From Candidatus Latescibacterota bacterium (GTDB lineage: Bacteria > Latescibacterota > UBA2968 > UBA8231): DNA of 64,000 nucleotides. This document shows, piece by piece, positions 59,585 to 64,000 of the stretch (its first letter is position 1; the number at the start of each line of letters is the position of its first letter). The stretch is from contig CBDFJF010000002.1 in the NCBI GenBank assembly GCA_965248265.1, positions 1,920,001-1,984,000 of the forward strand, in the 5' to 3' direction. The notes under the pieces are model-generated. The model ran no database searches. It saw only the letters and a program-made list of their open reading frames with translations, and was not told the origin of the DNA. A program made the position numbers and the translations under genes.

Positions 59585-59645
59585 AGCGGCGGGTTCTACT
59601 GCCAGCAGGTATCGGGCCCGTCGTATGGTGTCGCCCAACGCGGCA

Positions 59646-60022
59646 CTAGTGCAGCGAGAGAGGTACATGCTGGCTCAACTGCGAGAAATGCTTGTCGCGC
59701 GACAGGACTCCAGGCCATTGTGCATTGCGTGTTGAGCGATGATCAGGTCGGGCATCCCAACCTTGTTGATCCCGTTGCGCAGACAGGTGATCTGTAGTTG
59801 GACGATATCGTCCCAATCGATGTTGACAGGACGTCTATCTATCTCCTTCAGAAGACTGATCAGCCGTCGCTGACGACGCATGTGAAGAGCGGGGAGGAGT
59901 TCGGCGAGAATCAGGTCATTGACAACGACCAGGTTCTCATCAATCAGGTGATTCAACTCGCTCCCACGCCCCTTGCCGCGGAAGTACTCGATCCAGACTG
60001 AGCTATCGACAAGCACGCTCAT
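59646..60022 (-). pseudogene. vapC: VapC PIN toxin with a 1-nt deletion near 59710
   Basis: 'LVDSSVWI', 'LAELL', 'PDLIIA'; the conserved 'SRDKHF' tail is in a shifted frame ending at TAG 59646-59648. Confidence 0.8.
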
Positions 60023-60213
60023 CCACGTTTCCTCAACGTGTCCAGATCCATATCCAGATCCACCTTCCCCCTATACTGCTTCAGCTTCTGTATCCGTCCC
60101 TTCCGCACGAAATCCTCAAGGGCTGCGATGATTACGGCTGTCTTGGTGCGCTGGTGAGACAACTTCATGGCCTCGGTGATCAGAGGCTCGGGCAGGTCCA
60201 GTGTCGTTCTCAT
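60019..60213 (-). CDS. vapB: VapB antitoxin
   Basis: 'MRTTLDLPEPLITEAM...TKTAVI..AL...G.VDLD.DLD.LR'; overlaps the vapC start. Confidence 0.88.
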   Translation of the reverse strand: MRTTLDLPEPLITEAMKLSHQRTKTAVIIAALEDFVRKGRIQKLKQYRGKVDLDMDLDTLRKRG

Positions 60214-60226
60214 GCTATTCTCCCAT

Positions 60227-60263
60227 GCATATATTATAGCGAGTGTATGCATATAATATATGC
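60227..60263 (-). promoter_or_regulatory. vapBC operator/promoter
   Basis: Perfect 12-bp inverted repeat GCATATATTATA/TATAATATATGC containing TATAAT. Confidence 0.75.
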
Positions 60264-60293
60264 CTTTCTGGCCGTATTAGTCCATAGCGTCTT

Positions 60294-60396
60294 CGCCCAC
60301 GGCTGTCGCGCCAGGCCATGCGCAGGGACCATGGTATCAGGGCCGGCATCAGGACCCCCGGCATCAGGACCGATGGCATCAGGACTGTGTGTCCTC
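60294..60396. repeat. Direct repeat copy B (true ATPase stop plus permease 5' stub)
   Basis: Stub MPSVLMPGVLMPALIPWSLRMAWRDSRGR; three GGCATCAGG units at 15-bp period. Confidence 0.9.
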
Positions 60397-61059
60397 GACG
60401 ATGCTGCCGCCCTTGAGGCGGATGAGACGGCCGGCGCGGCGGGCGAGCTCGACATTGTGGGTGACCAGTACCAGCGTCGTGCCGGCTTCTTGGTTGAGCG
60501 CGAAGAGCAGATCCTCGACGACGGCGCCGGTCTGGGTGTCCAGATTCCCCGTCGGTTCGTCCGCGAACAGGATGCGCGGGCGATTGATAAAAGCGCGGGC
60601 CAAACCGACGCGCTGCTGCTCGCCGCCCGAGAGCTGCACGGGGTAGTGAGACAGGCGATCGCCCAGGCCGACGCGGTGCAGGAGCTCGCGGGCGCTCTCG
60701 TCAACGCCCCGCTCACCCCGCAGCTCCAGCGGCACGGCGACGTTCTCGAGGGCACTCAGGGTTGGCACGAGCTGGAATGTCTGGAAGACGAATCCGACTC
60801 GTTCGTGGCGCAGGCGGGCGCGCTCGTCCTCGCCGAGATCGTTGAGGGTGACGCCATCCAGGACGACTGATCCGGAGGTGGCATGATCCAGGCCGGCACA
60901 CAGGCCCAGCAGCGTGGTCTTGCCGCTCCCGGATGGCCCGACGACGGCACAGGTGGAGCCGTCCTCGACCGCGAAGCTGACGTCGCGCAACACGGTGAGG
61001 TCGCCATCGCCACTGCGGTAGGTCTTCGTAAGATCACTCACTTCGAGCATGCCGCTCAC
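60379..61059 (-). CDS. ybbA: YbbA-like ABC ATPase
   Basis: GPSGSGKT, LSGGEQQR, FADEPTGNLD. Confidence 0.9.
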   Translation of the reverse strand: MSGMLEVSDLTKTYRSGDGDLTVLRDVSFAVEDGSTCAVVGPSGSGKTTLLGLCAGLDHATSGSVVLDGVTLNDLGEDERARLRHERVGFVFQTFQLVPTLSALENVAVPLELRGERGVDESARELLHRVGLGDRLSHYPVQLSGGEQQRVGLARAFINRPRILFADEPTGNLDTQTGAVVEDLLFALNQEAGTTLVLVTHNVELARRAGRLIRLKGGSIVEDTQS

Positions 61060-61961
61060 CGCCTGCCCCGCCGGCGCAGGATGTTCAACAGTCGCACAGG
61101 ATGGTCAGTCACAATGCCGTCCACTCCCAGATCGATCAGTCGTTCCATATCCTCCTCTTCGTTGACCGTCCACACCTGGACCGGGAGATTGCGCTGCCTG
61201 GCCACGGTGATGAAGCGTTCGTCTACCAATGTCAGCGGTCCGACACGCTCCGGTACCTGAAAGAGCTCGAAGTCCGAGGCGTAGAGGCCGTCGAGTCGCA
61301 GCAGATGACACAGCTCGTAGACGATCATATCGCCAGCCGCCGGCGAGGTGAGAACATCCGGACAGGCGGCGCGGAAGGCTCTCTGAATATCAGTGTGGAA
61401 GCTGGCGACCGTGACATTGTCGTGCATGCCGGCGTTGCGCACGGCCCCGCACAAGGCTATTGCCACGCCGGGATCGTTCGGCTTGATCTCAATGAGCATT
61501 CGTTGATCGGGGAAGGCCTCGAACACTTCGGCGAGAGTGGCCAGGCGATACCCCCGCCCCCGGAAGGGGTAGCTTCCGTCCTCGACCCGCCATCGGTAAC
61601 CGGCATCGAGCGCCTGCAGTTGGGCCAGCGTCAGCGAGTCCACGCGTCCAGAGCCGTCCGTCGTGCGATCGATGGTGCGACTGTGATGCATCACCAGCTC
61701 GCCGTCGGCGCTCAGACGAACATCCATCTCGAGCACATCAACGCCCACATCCACCGCTCGGCGGAACGTCTTCAAGGTATGCTCGGGGCCCAGCGCGCGC
61801 CCACCGCGGTGGGCGATGACGAGGAAGTCAGGGCCGGCGAAGTAGGGATGGGGAGGCAGAGGTTCGGACGGCCGTATGGCGGCGAGGAGTCCGGCCAGAA
61901 TATAGAGAGCCGGCAACAGGGCCAGGCAGTACCGGAGTATCTTGCGGCGTCCAGGTGTCAA
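61056..61961 (-). CDS. Glycerophosphodiester phosphodiesterase
   Basis: 'IAHRGG', 'PEHT', 'LEMDV', 'IEIK', 'WTVN', 'GIVTDHP'. Confidence 0.9.
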   Translation of the reverse strand: MTPGRRKILRYCLALLPALYILAGLLAAIRPSEPLPPHPYFAGPDFLVIAHRGGRALGPEHTLKTFRRAVDVGVDVLEMDVRLSADGELVMHHSRTIDRTTDGSGRVDSLTLAQLQALDAGYRWRVEDGSYPFRGRGYRLATLAEVFEAFPDQRMLIEIKPNDPGVAIALCGAVRNAGMHDNVTVASFHTDIQRAFRAACPDVLTSPAAGDMIVYELCHLLRLDGLYASDFELFQVPERVGPLTLVDERFITVARQRNLPVQVWTVNEEEDMERLIDLGVDGIVTDHPVRLLNILRRRGRR

Positions 61962-62024
61962 TCAATCGCCTTCTGTCGGAATTGAGTTGGGTAGAGACCG
62001 ATGTTGGATTGATCTCCACCGCAC

Positions 62025-62053
62025 TTGACAGTATGTCATAATTGACATATACT
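62025..62053 (+). promoter_or_regulatory. Sigma70 promoter with overlapping palindromic operator (TA locus)
   Basis: TTGACA-17-TATACT; palindrome TATGTCA-TAAT-TGACATA; ATG 6 bp after the -10. Confidence 0.8.
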
Positions 62054-62059
62054 GCGGTT

Positions 62060-62392
62060 ATGTCACCAGATGACAAGCCACTCGTCTGGCTTCACGGTGA
62101 GGTGACGACGCCACCCCTTACGCGTGAGGCCCGCATGGAAGCGGGGTTCCTCTTGCGCAGACTGCAGCAAGGTGACCGTGTGGGCATGCCGCATTCGCGG
62201 CCAATGCCATCGATCGGGCGACGTTGTCATGAACTGCGGATCCTCGATGAGAACCAGACCTGGCGCATTGTGTATCGGATCGACAGCGATGCCATCGTCA
62301 TCCTCGACGTGTTCTCCAACAAAACGGCGCAGACCCCCCGCAGAGTGATTGACGCCTGCAAGCGGCGCCTCAATGCGTTCGAAGCCATATGA
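62060..62392 (+). CDS. RelE/ParE-superfamily (Gp49/HigB-like) toxin
   Basis: 'KPLVWLHGEV.TPP...EAGFLLRRLQQG...SRPMPSIG.RCHELRI...WRIVYRID'. Confidence 0.85.
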   Translation: MSPDDKPLVWLHGEVTTPPLTREARMEAGFLLRRLQQGDRVGMPHSRPMPSIGRRCHELRILDENQTWRIVYRIDSDAIVILDVFSNKTAQTPRRVIDACKRRLNAFEAI

Positions 62393-62408
62393 ATGAACGG
62401 TGTCTGCC

Positions 62409-62717
62409 ATGAAAACTACAAAGCGCAAGAAGCTGACGGCTGCCGGTTGGAAAGTAGGCTCAACTGCTGACTTCCTTGACCTCACTCCGGAGGAGTCCGC
62501 ATACATCGAGATGCGTCTCAAGCTGGCTGACGGCCTCAAGCGTCGGCGCCAGCAGAGCCGGCTAACTCAGGTAGAAGCAGCCAAGCTTCTGCAATCCAGT
62601 CAGTCTCGTGTTGCCAAAATGGAGGCAGGTGATCCCTCCGTCTCCCTGGACCTGCTGGTGAAATCCCATCTCGCCTTGGGCAGCTCGCCCAGCGATGTCG
62701 CCAAGATCATAGGATAG
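62409..62717 (+). CDS. XRE HTH antitoxin (HigA-like)
   Basis: 'GWKVG...FLDLT.EE', 'LTQVEAAKLLQSSQSRVAKMEAGDPSVSLDLL'. Confidence 0.85.
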   Translation: MKTTKRKKLTAAGWKVGSTADFLDLTPEESAYIEMRLKLADGLKRRRQQSRLTQVEAAKLLQSSQSRVAKMEAGDPSVSLDLLVKSHLALGSSPSDVAKIIG

Positions 62718-62958
62718 GATCAAAGAAGGCGAACGCTGCGTGACGACAGGTCGTCCTGCAGTAGGAATGCCGTCTTGGCCGTGATCTCCCCGCAATAAAC
62801 TTCCCTCACTTCTTATTTGTCAATCCAACACAGTGCAGCAGCGGCCTGCGTACCTTGGACTTTGTGAGGGCACACTGTCACGTCACGGCCGAGATGAACC
62901 TGCTGTAGGTGGCCCTCCGCTTCGAGATCGCATCTTGCCACGAATACATGCTGTCACA

Positions 62959-62995
62959 TATATGTCTTGACATATAATGCGATCGCATGTAAAAT
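62959..62995 (+). promoter_or_regulatory. Sigma70 promoter with palindromic operators upstream of the MarR gene
   Basis: TTGACA(62967)-17-TAAAAT; palindromes TATATGTC-TT-GACATATA and ATGCGATCGCAT. Confidence 0.72.
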
Positions 62996-63010
62996 AGTGA
63001 GGCGGCTCGA

Positions 63011-63484
63011 GTGAACCTCGCAGGAGCGCGGAGTCCAGGCATGGTCCCACGGCAGAGTGCGTACACCCTTAAGGACAGCTTGGGATATCGACTCACCGAG
63101 CTGTCTGGCGAAATGAAGGCGGAGATGCGTCGGCGCGTTTCCGAGATCGGGATCACCACTCAGCAGTGCGCGGCTCTCATCGTGCTGATCCGCGGGCGAG
63201 ATCTCAACATCACCCATCTTGCGGACGGCATTGGTGTGGATTTCGGAGGCACGAGCCGACTGGTGGATCGTCTCGAGGCGAAGGGCCTCGTCTCCGCGCG
63301 CTCGGACGGAACTGACCGGCGGGCCCGTCGGATCGAGCTCAGCCAGAAGGGACGCGACGTTGCGGAAAAAGCTGTGGCGGCTTCCAGGGAAACGAACGAG
63401 CTCTTCTTGAAAAGGGTTACCCAGAAAGAGGCGAAGCAGTTCCGGGAGATCCTCGAAAAGCTTCTGGGAGCACCGGGCGATTAG
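63011..63484 (+). CDS. MarR family regulator (start may be 63041)
   Basis: 'SRLVDRLEAKGLV...DRRARRIELSQKG'. Confidence 0.9.
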   Translation: MNLAGARSPGMVPRQSAYTLKDSLGYRLTELSGEMKAEMRRRVSEIGITTQQCAALIVLIRGRDLNITHLADGIGVDFGGTSRLVDRLEAKGLVSARSDGTDRRARRIELSQKGRDVAEKAVAASRETNELFLKRVTQKEAKQFREILEKLLGAPGD

Positions 63485-63494
63485 GGGGCCAGTC

Positions 63495-64000
63495 ATGAAC
63501 ACGATGAATTACACTGCATCGAGATGGATCCTGATAACACTTTTCGTCGTGACCCCGTCTGTCGTTTACGCCCAGACCAACTCGGCGCTGGATCTGAACA
63601 ACCTTGCCAATTACGCCAATCAACCGGTGCCGTCCTATATCACCAGGGACAATACCCCGGCCAACAATCCGCTCACGGATGCCGGCGCCACCCTGGGCCG
63701 GGTGTTGTTTTATGACAAAAAGCTGTCGACAGACAATACGATCTCTTGCGCCAGCTGCCACCTGCAAGAGCACGCCTTCGGTGATACGGCTCAGGCAAGC
63801 GTCGGCGTGAACGGGACCACCGGTCGCCACTCGATGCGCCTCATCAATACGCGTTTTGCGGTGAAGGACCGTTTCTTTTGGGATGAGCGCGCCGCTTCAC
63901 TGGAGGAGCAAGCCACCATGCCGATTCAGGATCACGTCGAAATGGGCTTTAGTGGCGACAATGGCGATCCTGCATTTGACTCGCTTCTGAGCAAAATGGC
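63495..64000 (+). CDS. Di-heme cytochrome c peroxidase/MauG family, 3'-truncated by the window
   Basis: Not in the ORF track because it has no stop in the window; signal peptide, 'NPLTDAGATLGRVLFYDKKLS...ISCASCH', 'FFWDERA.SLEEQ..PI'. Confidence 0.88.
   Translation, partial: MNTMNYTASRWILITLFVVTPSVVYAQTNSALDLNNLANYANQPVPSYITRDNTPANNPLTDAGATLGRVLFYDKKLSTDNTISCASCHLQEHAFGDTAQASVGVNGTTGRHSMRLINTRFAVKDRFFWDERAASLEEQATMPIQDHVEMGFSGDNGDPAFDSLLSKM

Noticed and set aside
1-64000. CRISPR array, rRNA or tRNA genes
   Set aside because: No regularly spaced repeat-spacer units or cloverleaf/rRNA signatures were seen. The triplicated ~32 bp repeat is separated by kilobases.

Overview
High-GC bacterial DNA. 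The gene content (DUF6785-type membrane protein, CRTAC1/ASPIC + TPR pair, DUF4091/GH123-like paralogs, PhyH, Gfo/Idh/MocA, proteins ending in 'PTLWGQIK') suggests Ca. Latescibacterota or a Poribacteria-like lineage; this is inference only. The window is an accessory patchwork. It holds carbohydrate/amine catabolism genes (beta-propeller glycosidases, a family-5 ABC importer, UxaE, a sialidase-like protein, a DegT aminotransferase), a DMFase large-subunit homolog, an orphan flagellin, two type II TA loci and tesA/ybbA/ybbP-like genes. No rRNA, tRNA, CRISPR array, transposase or integrase was seen. The most notable structure is non-coding. (1) At four loci, five cargo modules of 0.7-8.4 kb are each bracketed by slightly diverged direct copies of a neighbouring gene terminus, so the target gene is regenerated intact, with no recombinase in view. 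One case is a 32-37 bp site present three times that frames two tandem modules. (2) An integrase-less integron cassette cluster lies at about 50.9-55.7 kb, with two complete attC sites, one half attC and a candidate attI. Several genes at 48-60 kb carry frameshifts or stops. All family calls come from motif recognition by eye, not database searches.
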